Under the pieces are notes generated by a model that was given only the letters and a program-made list of their open reading frames with translations, was not told where the DNA came from and did no database searches. A DNA stretch of 60,393 nucleotides, counting the filler, from Sphacelaria rigidula (lineage: Eukaryota), in the NCBI GenBank assembly GCA_964200075.2. It is 5 parts of 5 records of this genome, joined end to end, with 100 filler letters (N's around TTAATTAATTAA, not from the genome) between each part and the next. Parts side by side here need not be neighbours in the genome. Positions count along the whole stretch, not along the records: positions 12,101 to 24,099 come from CAXNAA020004251.1; positions 24,200 to 36,198 come from CAXNAA020004252.1; 3 more parts are not named here. The stretch is one strand, 5' to 3'. Numbering within the stretch: the first letter of the stretch is position 1; each line of letters opens with the position of its first letter. Position numbers and translations under genes: made by a program. This document shows positions 12,374-28,902 of the stretch, piece after piece.

Positions 12374-13206
12374 GTGAAGATGAGGACCGGGGAGTCTGAG
12401 CGCAAGAGAAGGTATTTCGAGATTAGAAACAGGCACGACGACGAGGCGGTGTATGCGAACAGGTATGGGGGAAGACAGAAGGCGGACGTAACAACAATGA
12501 AAAACAATACGGACGCCATTTCCCGACTGCAGCTGTGCATGCGAGAAATTCAGCGTCGCTTGGTTCGAAGCGAAGCGGCTGTGAAGGAGGGGGAGGGTCT
12601 GCTGGCACACGAGACGAGAACCGTCCGCGATCTGCAGGCTCAGATGAGCATCGTCGTTGCCATGTGCAGGTCGCTACTGGTGAGCAGACGGAAATTTGTG
12701 AGCAACGTTTTGGTCAGGTGATATACGATTGGAAATTTGGTATTCCGTCAATGTCTGTCTGTCTGTCCGTGCTTGTGGCGTGGACGCGTGGCCGCCGGAT
12801 AGCCACCAGCGCAACCGCGGTGCATGAAAAATCAATACGCTTGAGCTCGTCTCCTCTTGAACAACGTATCAGGGATATGATTAGTGTTTTTCACGCGCGG
12901 TTCGGGTTGTGCATGGGCGGTTGTGTTGACGTTGTTTTTGTGGTGGTAGTTATGTGGCTTATGGAAATAGCTCCGTCCACACCCAAACCATTTGACGTTC
13001 GATGTATTGACCGGCAGCACATAACCTGTAATTAATGTTGCCCTCGTCGATGGTTGATGTTTGTGCTTCCGACGCAGGAACAAGTGGTGGTTGTTGGGGC
13101 GGCGGCGTCGACGGGGGGCAGGGAACATGAGGGGGGCATTTCCTGCGAGCGCCGCGCGCACAAGAGCCAGCTACCCCCCACCGAGGAGACTGATAGACAG
13201 CTAGAG
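12374..13206 (+). CDS. Two upstream coding exons (12374-12679, 13078-13206) of the coiled-coil repeat gene; 5' end probably in or before the gap at 12001-12100
   Basis: Both have CGCAG| acceptors, GTGA donors and phase 0, are stop-free and helical (AISRLQLCMREIQRRLVRSEAAVKEGE). They join in frame as ...DRQLE|EKLQQVMEQ at 15641. Confidence 0.65.
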
Positions 13207-15640
13207 GTGATGAGAGGATTGCCTATTTGATTGCTCTTGCGGGCGCTACATGCTTTTGAAAACTTGGAAGAGGGAGCGAGCTGATGTGGACCGAGGGCTG
13301 TGTTTTCACAGTTTGGACGTATTCTCAGATAGGAAAGGAAAAACACAATGTTCGGCATGGCCAGCGGGAACACAGTCGCCGTCAATCCCGCATAGACGGA
13401 CGATCTTACGTTGACAGCGCGGAAGAACGATTTAATGTTTGTTTCCGGCGCGTATATTACATGTTTTGGTGCTCATGTTCGCATGTCCGCGTAGGTGTCC
13501 GCCTGTCCACATCAGGGGACCTTCCATGTATCATTGTGCACTTTGCAATATTGGGTACTTGCACGGTAGCTTGTGCCGTAGATCTGTAGACTGTCCAACC
13601 TAGCGTTCTCTCGACCCTTGTGTTTCGTTTGTCGGCGCCGAAATGACATGAATCGATTTCGACCTTTGTTGCAACCAAGACGACGATAGAGTACGTGAAA
13701 TTCACTGCAAATATCGTGGGAAAAGGAACTTACGGATAGGGAAAGAACGTCGAGTGGCGGCCCGCATCGCGAGCTGGTTCACAAGTTGGGGGGAAAAAGG
13801 TTGTCGCAGGTTAGACCATGCCTCTGACCGCGTCCTAGTTAAATCACGACAATCATTACAACCAGAATCTGGGTTCATTCCCTATCCTCTAGTTTTCCCT
13901 TTATATCTCGCTCCGAGACCGCTCTTTGCGGTTTTGATAAAAGCGCTTCACGACCTCGAGAAGCGTACGTATTTCACTTTTTGTTTTTTGTTTTTGAGAG
14001 ATTCTGTTGCGGGGAGTTTGCTTTGTTTGAGTGAGAGTACTGTATATCTCCCTGCCAGAACGCATTTTGTCACTGATGGAGAGCTTCGGGTGTCTCACAT
14101 ATGGGAGGATTGCACGTCGAGGCGTCGGTTTAAGCGTCGAGGACACGCAAACTTGAGCCAGCCATAATTTGTTTAATTGTTAATGATAAACTTGAGTATA
14201 CCGAGGTGACTTCTTCTCCAAGACTCGAGTCAGTCGAGTATAAACAGAGTAGCGAGATGAGCATGTCGTCTTGAACCGCAACCGAGCGCCTGTCTATTTT
14301 GAATGCTTCACGACGAGTTCAAGTTAATTCTCGACCTGAAACCAAGATGAGCTCATTTGTCGAACAGGCGGCCTAGGGGGGACTTGAGCCCAATAAAGCC
14401 CTTGCGTATGTCGACCCATGGTTGCGTTATTGTCAGGATTTTTTTGAGATGCAAGGCGTGTGCCTGACATTTCAGCGCGAATAGACAAACAGCCAGAATC
14501 TACCGAAGCACGGGGTACTTTGTTTGAGTGCACTAGATACGATTTTGGGCGAAACTCCACAGTGCGCGGATATAATTTTGCTCGTCTTTCCGTCCCAAAG
14601 CATGGAGTTTTGGCGCCATTTTTGCTGGGTAAAGGGGTTGAAACGAACCATCCCCATTTGATCGTGCGCCAAAGCCTAAACAAGCATTTCGCGTGTGCTG
14701 GCGTAGGAGGTGCCTTATTGGCTATCAGGAACTCGTTGGGAGGCGGTGAAATTATTGTGTCCAGCGTTCGAACAGTTCGCATCGGTTGTGGTGTTTCAGC
14801 TGTTGTTCGTTATCGCCCGCTATCTCAGTAGCATGTCCGCTGCTGGTGCAGGACCCAATCCGCTACGCTTGTACCGTACACGTCGTGATTTGGAGTTTTT
14901 CCCTTTGAGCACGCCCTATTGGGCAGTAGCACATTTGTTGCGTTGTGTGACGGGTTCCAGACTTTGGGTCGGATTTGAGAGTTTTGGGCTGCACCTGGAT
15001 GCATCGGCGGAAGAAGCGATAATGGCCAGCCTATCGACCGCATATTGTAAGAGTGAAGAAAGCCACTCGAATACTGTGAGGTGATGATGCCCATAACGCT
15101 TTTTCATTGCACGATCATCTTACAGTAGACATTTAGACGTCCCTTGTACGCCAAAACAGGATTCAGAACGATCCTCCGAAAGTGAACCGTTAGCTGCAAA
15201 AATGGCGCTTCACCTGCAGTGTCTTCCTCTGGTGAGATCCTCCGGCGGCCTCGACGGGGAGATTAGGGCTGCCTCCAGTGGCCGCTGGAAGACCTCGACA
15301 CCGGTGTACGTGCAGAGAATGACTGTGTCTTGTTGCTTCGTTGTAGTGTGTTGCACTGGTTCATAATTGTAAGAAGAGTACTCATGGGTTTGCTGTCGAT
15401 CTTTACATTTATGCCACGCCCGCGTCGCGGAATCGCGTACAAGCTTCTCCCCCGTCATCGCCTGCCCTCTGCAACATTCTGGATATTGCTCTGCCGAATC
15501 ATCACTTTATACTACCGTCCTGCCCAGGTATACTAAAACGAACTTCTCACAAAACCTTTCACCCGACCCTGCCCCCTAAACACCGTTCGTGCGTGTTTTG
15601 CTGCACTCGGACCAATAAAATGATGCCCTTGCAACTGCAG

Positions 15641-19471
<3,831 letters not shown>

Positions 19472-22400
19472 TGACCAATACTGTAGGGGAGGAGACATCG
19501 TGATGTTTTGTATTCGCCGATCTCACGACGCCCGGCCGAATGGAGTGTGGTGACTGACTGAGGTTACATTACAGGTGATATCGATGGCCGCGGGGACATA
19601 TGAACAAAAACGGGAAATGGGGCCGTGTGGGGGTTTAGGCGGACGACGTATGTGAACGCGCGGCCGACAATGAGTAGATCGGTGGGTTGGCGTTAGTGAG
19701 CCTGTGGGCCTATGTGCAGACGTCGGCGGGGGGGGGGGGCGTACTCATTTGTTGCTTGCCTTAGTCATTTGACCATTGACCACGCATCCCTTTCGAGACG
19801 GAGCACGTCGCGGGGGCGGGAAATGTGGCTTGAGATAGATCCGGCGCATGGTGAGGTGGAGCGGGGGCTTGCGCTATGAATGACGCCTCCTGGGAGTAGC
19901 GCAGACTGTGTCCTGAGCTGATGGTCGGTGACGTGATTTTCCGATGATGGTGGCAAAACTCTGGCAACGGGGCAGTGATACATCGAGCCTCGGTGGTGTA
20001 TGATGCATTCCAGTGAGTCTTGCTGGCACTTCCTGTCTTCCGCGACCTTCGATGATTTTCGTTTTTTTGGCGTGTAAGAATTGAATATCCACGGTGCTAG
20101 CACAATTCGATTGTTTGTTTGGGGTATACAACGTTTCGGTCACGGCGTGGTAGTCGGCTTGGAGGCGGTTCAATCGCGGGGCGTTTTAGTCATGATGTCC
20201 GTCTCCGTAGGATGGATGGCATGGCCCCGTCACATCCAGTGGCAGGGATTTCACGTGGTCAACATGGGCAGAATTCGATTGTACCACGGAACAGCTCCTG
20301 TTTACGTCTCTCTCGATGTATATGATGCAGGGCAGCCCCAGGCGTTCACGTTGCTATGGTGATAGAGTACGTATGTTACCGGCGAACATGTCCAGCTGAT
20401 ATCGTACGCGGCAGAATGACTTGTAGCTGTATCGCGAAGCTCCTACTTCATGGTTCGGTTTTCACGTCGCAGAATGCTGTGATCTTGTGGCAATAGGAGA
20501 TCGCTGCAAGTGCGGTTGTGGCACTACTGCAGGAAACAAACGTGCTCTGTTCTTGCCGCGTACCTCGAATCTTGACTCTATTGATCGGTACTTCTTCTGA
20601 AGTAATTCTCTCCGGTGGTAAATTTGGTCTTGCCATTGAGGAGATGGACCTTGCTAAATGGTAGCGGGAGGATGACTGCTGGGAAGCTGGAATTTTTAGT
20701 TGTAGAGTTCTGATTGGCGGGGGAGTGGTTCATCGGGGTGCACAAAATATTTTTCAAAGTTTGATTGCTTAGGAGCCCTTTATCTCATCCAAAACACAGT
20801 CTTTGAAGTACGTGAGAGCACGCTACGATTGGCAACGAGCTGGGGGTATCTCTAATTCATTACACAGCGGGGATGTCCTCACCCATTTTCGTGTGTAGCT
20901 CCCATTTTTAGAAGCCTTTCGATGAGAAACGTCTGGGCCCAAATGTGCGACCGCTGCATGTATGTCTCGGGGGTGACTGGTTTTCGTAACAGTGGTCGCT
21001 TCCAATTATGTGTACCATGGCGAAGGATGGTGCAGCGTTCCTTCTCCGCCGGTTTTAGTTCTCAAGATTTACGCTTGTTTTCAACTGTTTCGACAAGATG
21101 ACTCGTGGTTTGTTCTTTCAATCTCTTGATTCATGTCATTTTATTTTTTATTTTTCTTGACTTGCGAGGAGGCGACTATGTTTTTCACGTGAAGTATACC
21201 GATATTGTTCTTGTGCTGGTTGTGGACCCCACGCGTCGTATTTCGCGTATCGAACACCTTGTCGTGTGATGGTGTGCCATGTGAAGGCAGAGGGAGGGGA
21301 GAGTCCTTCAGAGAACCGATGATGGTGGTTGGGCAGTGCAAGAAGCGGTGCGACATGGGTCGAACGCCTAATGAGTGGATGGACATGAAGCAGTTCACCT
21401 ACGTGCGTGGCGGCTTATGTTGCGTAACACCGCTGCTTTGCGGTGCGGTGCTACGGTGTGCTGTCTCACAATAGGTTGCAAAAGGGTGCCGATCACTTGT
21501 TTGTCGCTGTAGTTTGTGTTGTCTGCGTGTGCGGGGAAAGGGGCGGGGTTGGGAGAGAATCAGAGTTGCATGCGCACCAGGGCAAACACACGTTGCACAT
21601 GTACCCGAGAATTTGTTGGGTCACTCCTGTTCCGCATCTGCGGAGCGGGGCGGGAAAATTGTTGACCACCGTAGAACAAAGAAACGGGACAAGCACCATG
21701 CGAGTCGAAGTTTGTTGCAGTGACAGTGGACATACCAGTGAATTGGCACCTGGAAAGCAGCGGGGAGAGGGGGGGTTGGTTCAGGCCTCAAAGGCAATGT
21801 ACAGCGGAATATATTACTGGGGAGGGAGGAAGGTGTCGCGCGTGCAGAGCGGTGAGCGGTGGGTTTCATGAGCTGCGATACATTATGCGCGGTGAGTTTC
21901 ATGAGTAGCAATGCATTTTCTTGAAACGATTGACATGAAATTCGGGAACACGATTTGTGGATATTCATGCGGGACTCTTGATCCGTGTTTTCATGGTCAT
22001 CATCCATATGAAACGTACGCGTTGTGTTTGGCCACACTACATTCGGCCAAGTTCATCACAAACGATCAAGTGAAATCCAAACAAACAGCGAGACACACCA
22101 CGACGGGTACGGGAGGCCATGTGCCTGAACATCTACCTGCTAATCACGGTAGTTGCCCACATGCACGCTTGCATCACATCCAGTGAGGTGGGTGGAAAAG
22201 CAACACTGAACCCACTACTGTTTCCCAGCGCCTGCTTCACGTTTTCACGTACTACTTGATATCCTTCGCTGCAACCACTCACCACCAACGCGGTTTCAAC
22301 AGCGATATTTCTCCGTCAATTAAAAGCGGTACAGTATGTGTCATGGATCACTGCGTGGGCGGGCATGCATGTGTTCGAAGACAACCGCTTACAGCCTATT

Positions 22401-24682
22401 ATTGGGACTAGGATAAAGAGAAAGATGCCAAGGATTATCGACGAGATCGTCAACTAAGTAAATTCAGGATCCAATCCGGGTAGGTCAGATTTACAAAAGA
22501 ACGTGAGGCGGAAGCATTCATGAAGCCGAAAACAATGGGGGGAGGGTTGGAGTGATTCTACGGTGGGGGTGTACTTTTTGGTCCAAAGCAATCTCTGAGG
22601 CTGCACACTAAGGCCCGGATGTTTGTGCGCCCCCTACGGTAGAACCACTTGCAGGGGTCGGGGTGGGGAGCAGAGGTTGCTACTTATTGAGTTTCATGTT
22701 GAGTGTATTGACTACAGGTACTTGGTGTTCTGTGGGTGAGGAATATCGACTGCTGAATTTGAGAGTAGCGCTACAGTATTTGCAAGTTGATTCTGGTATC
22801 GTAACACTGGAGACAGACAAAACAACACGTGGGGAGGCTTAATCGCGACCTTTGGAAATTCTACACATATTCCGATGGGTATAGAGATCTTCGTGTGTCG
22901 ATATCGGCTTTTGTTCTTTTGCTTTGAGACGAACGGGATTTATTCGTTATATACGCTCAAAATTTGAATGGAAAGCGTGGAAAATGATAAGGGTCCTAAC
23001 CCCGACCCGCAAAAACCGAGCGCCGCAGTGTCGAGCATTGCTTGTGAAGCCGACGCTTGCTCGAGTACTAGCCTGCATCGGCGTGGATTGAGATGGTGCA
23101 AAAGCTTCCTCGAAGGCTCGTACACTCCATACTCTAGACGTTGGCAAGTAGTCATTCCAACGTTACCGCGGGGCGGGATAGATATCCTCGCACTGACAGC
23201 AATCATATATCATGCTCCAGGAATGTTTTACAACAACTGGTTGAGCAGAAATCGATTGTCGAAATAGAGCCGCTGCTCGGATGGTCCGGAGAGGACCCTG
23301 CCAAGGATTGAGATTGCAACCAATGATCGGAAACGTTCACTACAAGAGTGTCAGTTTTCGAAGATGCCCGGGACAGATGGAGTTGCCTCCCGGGACCAAC
23401 TCGTTGTCCGCTTACAACAACATTTGGGTCTTCAATGGCGCAATGGCATGGCAACGGGCGGCTGCCACATAAATGGAGCATCCGGTTTTCACTTCTGAAC
23501 CGTGAGGCATACTAGACGAGACTCACTTCCTCTAGTGATATTTTGGATGACAAGACTGATCAGACAAGTGATCCAGTCGGTGGTTTAGACCTTGGTATGT
23601 CGGACTTGATAGGAGAACGCCGGCCGTCGTCTCTAGGGGCACGAAATCCGACCGTTAGACTCAGGGTGATGACTTTTCCTGCTCTTATGTGAAGATGAAC
23701 CGGTACTCAAATTTATTTGTATCCAGCCCTGACCCAGTGCTGAATCAATTCATATTATGTCAGGACGAAAAACACAACCCGCGCTACGGAGGCTGCTCAA
23801 CTTCTGTGCACTATTAGACTGTTTCGAATCCAGCAGTGCGGTTAATAATTACTTCCCCCTCACATCTACCCCCCCCCCTAGACTGGTGAGACACCCATGA
23901 GGCAGTGTGGAACTCGTGGCTGTCTCTGGAAGTGGCGATACCAGGAAATGAAGCAACTCATTAGAGGCTGTCATCCATATGCACGATCATCAGTAGGCTT
24001 CAAGCCGGACAATCTTAGCAGGATGCAGCTCATCCTTCATGCGACTCGCCGAGCTCACCACGGCGCTTCGCGCTTGTGATTGAGTGCGAGCCTGGTCCGN
24101 NNNNNNNNNNNNNNNNNNNNNNNNNNNNNNNNNNNNNNNNNNNTTAATTAATTAANNNNNNNNNNNNNNNNNNNNNNNNNNNNNNNNNNNNNNNNNNNNA
24201 CAGGTAACGCATATTATGTTAACCACTGATGTATCGTATAACACAAGTAGCACATGTTATAGCTAGGGTCTGACTTGAGAGCAACTTAACACAAATTGCT
24301 AGGTACTACGTTACCCGAGGTGTGGAACAATCACATCCGTTTCCGTTACCCGGTATTTTCGGACTTCGACTCCGGATGTGAGCGCTTTGCTAACCCGATG
24401 TCATGACGGTACATATCGAGGATGTGTCTACTTTGTGATGTTTCGTCAGCTCGATAGGTTAGGTCAGCTGCTGGGCTGTATCTTTTGAGTGTCGTCAACC
24501 TCCGAATTTTGACTTCAGGTTACTGCTCAACCCTTGAGCGTTTTGGTAGGACGCTCAAACAGTCTGTTAAACAATCACATCCGTTTCCGTTTCGCTGTAG
24601 CTTTGGATTCCGAGTCCGGATGTGAGCATTCAGCTAACCCTTTGTCAAAATCCGGTCCTAAGCAATTCTACGGTAGGTCAGG

Positions 24683-26262
24683 TCAGCCGCTCGGCTGTAG
24701 CCCTGGAGTTTCAACAGAAGATATTGATCGTTGTAACGACCTCTCCGACCTGGGTCTGGCGCGTGACCTACCATTGTTTTGGCAGCGTAACGTTCTTTTG
24801 TAGGCAACTTTTCGTGTGGTTGGTCTCTCTGGTAGAGGTATCTGTTTGTCTAGGAACAGCTCGCTCGATTTATCGACATCTGATGCGGGTGGTGTTTCCC
24901 GCGAGTGATATCTCTTCAAGTGAGCGGGATGTACTGACATTTCTTCAGAGTCGTCGCCTATTTTGAATATGTACACCACCGATGATCGTCTCCCGATTAG
25001 CATGAAAGGTCCTCTCCATGTAAATTGGAGTTTCGGTTTCGGCCTTCCTGAGTCCTGGTATGGTGGGTACAAGAGTACCTTTTGACTGTGTTTGAACACC
25101 GGGAAAGATTTTATCCCGGGATCCAAATGCAGTAAAGACTCTGTCAATTATAGTTTTGGCTATATTGATCTGGTCTGTTTTTTCGGCACCGGAATGGGCA
25201 AAAACATACCTTGCGAGGTGGTCCAATACGGACAGTACATATTTAGCACTCCAGCTTTTGACATCGAAGTTGTTTTTTATTCGACTGGGTTTTCCGGCGC
25301 TCTTTCGTATAGCCGTCCTACCGTAGCGTGTCCCATCGGCAATTTTTGGCCGGTTGTGGACCGTTTCCCCGTCGTTGGCAACCCTGAAATGGCGTGCGCA
25401 TGTCCGGAATAACATGAAGTTTCTCCGTTCTTGTCTTTCATCATTATCATAAAGTTTTCTCGTGACTTACATGCGGGCTCGACCGGTTGGCGATTTGTAC
25501 CATTTTGTTTTATTCGTCCACTACGTGCCTGCCGTTCTTGAAGCAATGATGCGCGTGAGTGCTTGAGGTACATCAGACGATCAAGTGTATTCTTCTGTTA
25601 TTATGCGCGGCTCCACGACAGCTGCTGTTGATGTTCATGGGATATTTCCCGTTCCAACTAGTACTGTGATTTCACTTTGTAGTGGCACACTGCATTTGTT
25701 GTGAGGAACTCGAACAGGGCTAGAATCTTTCACACCGACTATAAAACAGTATGTTGTTTCGGTGTGTTGTATGTTGTGAGCCTTATTGTTTTCGATGCGA
25801 TGCTTAGATTTTTATACGGGAATACCGGAATGTTCGTTCTTCCGTCTGCCAGTCGAGTATAGATTATAGCTTTGAAAGCATTCACGATGAAGTTGTCTAG
25901 TAGTCGACAGCCCGGTCCCAGATGAGGTAATACAAAAATTTCTGTTGGCAGGGTTTTTATCCCAACGTCAGCTCGAAATGAATGAACCCCAGGATTTTTC
26001 ATGGGGGAACCGCGTCCGCGCTTCTGAGATCGATGGGTTTTGGCGGTACTGCTTTTATATCATCAGCTGCCATGATGGTCTGATGTTCATCTATGAACTT
26101 TTGCTGATACACGGTACATCTGCTGCGGAATCGATTGTGATCTTTCCCAGCGAGGGTTCCGTTTACTCTGTCTGCGACTCTAACGCGGCTGATGCACAGG
26201 ATAGCGCTACTATAGGGGCGAATCTGTAAACCTTGCGAGCGGTGATGCGTTGTATGAGTCAT
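24683..26262 (-). mobile_element. Internally deleted, degenerate Ty3/Gypsy pol relic (protease-like and integrase fragments)
   Basis: KYVLSVLDHLARY and IAKTIIDRVFTAFGS (integrase core); KPKLQFTWRGPF...VHPAHLKRY (GPY/F module); upstream EIFVLPHLGP...LLDN (protease C-terminus-like). Many frameshifts. Confidence 0.75.
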
Positions 26263-27506
26263 AACAGTGATCGTCTAAGATTGGGTTGAAAAAAAAAGGA
26301 AGATTGGTGTTTCGATTTGAAATCAACAGCCCCTGCTTACAACGGGATGTGACGTTACCGATCCATTGGGGTACGGCGCAGAATGTGACATACTTGAGAG
26401 CCTCAACAAGTTGAGCTACATGTTTGATGATGGCCCTTCATGTGGTGTATTGTTTCTCCCTCAGCTGCTCTGAAGGCTGCTTAGGAACCAGCTCTCATCG
26501 TGCTCTTTCCAGCTTCTGCTCTTAGTATGTACTTTCACACCACAACTGAGGGCTGTTTTGGTGCCCTTCTGAAGGAGTGAGTTTTTGTACTGACCAAGAA
26601 ACCCGTATTCCTCCGATATGTTTTCTTCACCAGACTGTTGACACATTTCTCCATTTCATGCGTGGTGAGGTGTGGGACCTTGAACGGTCTGTACGTTTAA
26701 CTTCTTTAGCCTGTGGACTGGGATGCCGTAAGATCATCCTATACACCCCTTTCTTTCGCTCGCTACATAGTAGGGAATGACAAGGTTGTGCAGTCGCAGG
26801 TTGGGTAACTTATTTGTTGATGCTATTTCGAGTCACCGCGTTTCCAGAGGTCGGTCTGCTTGGTTAATTACCGTGCCTTTCGCGCGATGGTGGTGGAAGG
26901 TTGGTTGATCCTGGATTCGCTGTTCACTCAGCCATTCTGGTGACATATGATGCCCACTGAAGAAACTAATTTCGCGTTTTCGCTGTTTGACTAGCCGTAC
27001 AGGTGACATATACTGCGCCCTGAGGAGTCTAAACTCGCGTCTCGCTCTCTTTGACTAGTCATGCGGGTGACATATAAATAAATATTGAGGGGGGCAATTT
27101 CGCGTTGATCCAAACACATGACTCCCAAAACCTCCCAACTCGAATAATTAAGCACATGACCCATACGTTTCACCTGGAGTAGCGTTCCTTGGGGGATCCT
27201 AGTATTTCCGAGTGTCGGGGAGTAGTCGGTTCTCGTTCCAATTTTTTACGTCTAAGGCCTGTCTTGTTTGAATTCTGTTCTGGTGTCGCCAGTGTAAGGA
27301 AGGCGTATCGCTAGAGTAGTCAGAAACCTACGGGGGGAGACTGCCGTCCTGATGCCGAAGGAACTCCGAGGCTGACGATGATTTCCTCTTTTATGTGTAG
27401 GCAAGAAGAGGTCAACTAGAAGTGGTCGCCAGGGGCGATCCGGACCTCGGGTGATGTTGGACCGTCCTAATATTAGGCTCTTCCTGGCATCACCCCAAGT
27501 TGTCTA

Positions 27507-28160
27507 GTTACGTCGGCATTACAGGGTCCTCGGTAATCTGGTTCTTCCGGAACGTTCCTACTTTGACCCTCCTTGCGCTGGGTCTGCATACATGTGTGGC
27601 ATTGGTCTCTGATATGTCACTGCAAAGAGGTATCCTCCACACATGTATGTCTTTACGCCAAGGTATGTATACTGGTCTACGATCGGCAGTTCCTCTTCTC
27701 CCCACTTCCACTTGAACTCTGCCGGATGTTTCTCATCTGTTACAGACGAGTCCCGCGCAGTTGTTAACGTTCGCTGTCACTCTCAATTTCCTAGCGCCTT
27801 GTCCATCTGTTTCTGTAACCCTTCTGGTGTTCCTGAAATCCCCACAAAATCATCTGCGAACAACAAACCTGATATCACACCTTTACCGACCTTGACTCAT
27901 TGGTTTGCTGCTCCTGCTGCTTGTATCAGGTTATGAATGAACGCCTTGAATAGAGTGGCTGATGACATACAATCTTGTGCAACTCCTTGTGAAATATAAA
28001 AATATTTTGATATTTCCCCGTCTAGCATCATAGATAGTACTTTTGGCGCATTTTGCCACCTTCTCCACCATTCTCCACATCTTTCCTCCGATACCAGGTT
28101 CCCACAACGCTTTCCACAGCCCATTCCTCCATACTGTGTCATAATGTAATATGGAAAGGC
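27507..28160 (-). mobile_element. Degenerate LINE reverse transcriptase fragment
   Basis: YDTVWRNGLWKALW..GIGGKMWRM; SQGVAQDCMSSATLF; SGLLFADDFVGIS (FADD catalytic box near 27848-27860). Frameshifted. Confidence 0.85.
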
Positions 28161-28399
28161 TCCACACACCTTCCTAGATGGGTGTTTATCAATGTGCTAC
28201 AAGCTTGGTGAAATGCACAAGGTGCAATGGTGTGTCCGAGCAGAACAAGCTGCAGATATGTGTTTCACACACACAGGTTCACGTGGCTGTTGGTCAACAG
28301 TAGCACACAAACAAAGAAGCTCGAAGGCTTGGTATGTTGTTATTCTCGCTTTTTATTCTCCTGCTTGCCTAGCGTACTGTTCTCACCGAAGGTAAACAG

Positions 28400-28902
28400 C
28401 AGGTGCAGATGATCCAGCTCAGAGAGGGATCGAGGGTGCAAGTAACACAACCTCTCTGACCTAGGCCCGAGAAGGCGGTTCTCCTTCTCGGGGCTAGGGC
28501 GCACAAGTCTGCATGACTGCAGCCGAGATAGCCCCCCCCCGGACCGGCCAAAAAAACGCACGGAGGCGATGATGATAAATGCCGTTAGAGCTCTTTTCGT
28601 GCTGCTCGAGGCGACTCATTTGGGCGTTATAGCTGATTTCGGACTACTACATCCCTCTCATGTGGGCGAAATTTCTGCAAATGAGCCCAATAGTGGGATC
28701 GCAGCCGGTTTGTCGGACGATTTCCTGTGCACTTTTGTGGGGGGGCTATCTCGGCATTAGTCGCATGCCAACCTTCCCCAAAACTATGGGAGTATTACCA
28801 TTAACAGATCAAATAATCTGTAAGTCAACCTGCCCCAAAACTGTCTGAAGGAACAAATAACGCCTCTCTATCTTACTTCCTCATGACACTCACCCACCCA
28901 GA
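28400..28902 (-). repeat. Candidate polypurine tract and start of 3' LTR of the Gypsy element (distal LTR end undefined)
   Basis: On the minus strand GGGTGGGTGAG directly precedes TGTCATGAGG at 28888. The 5' LTR cannot be compared because the element runs into the gap at 36199. Confidence 0.35.

Noticed and set aside
19760..21400. Possible further Copia gag / RNase H remnants
   Set aside because: Only vague resemblance (e.g. NRLQADYHAV); no diagnostic motif could be read, so not called.
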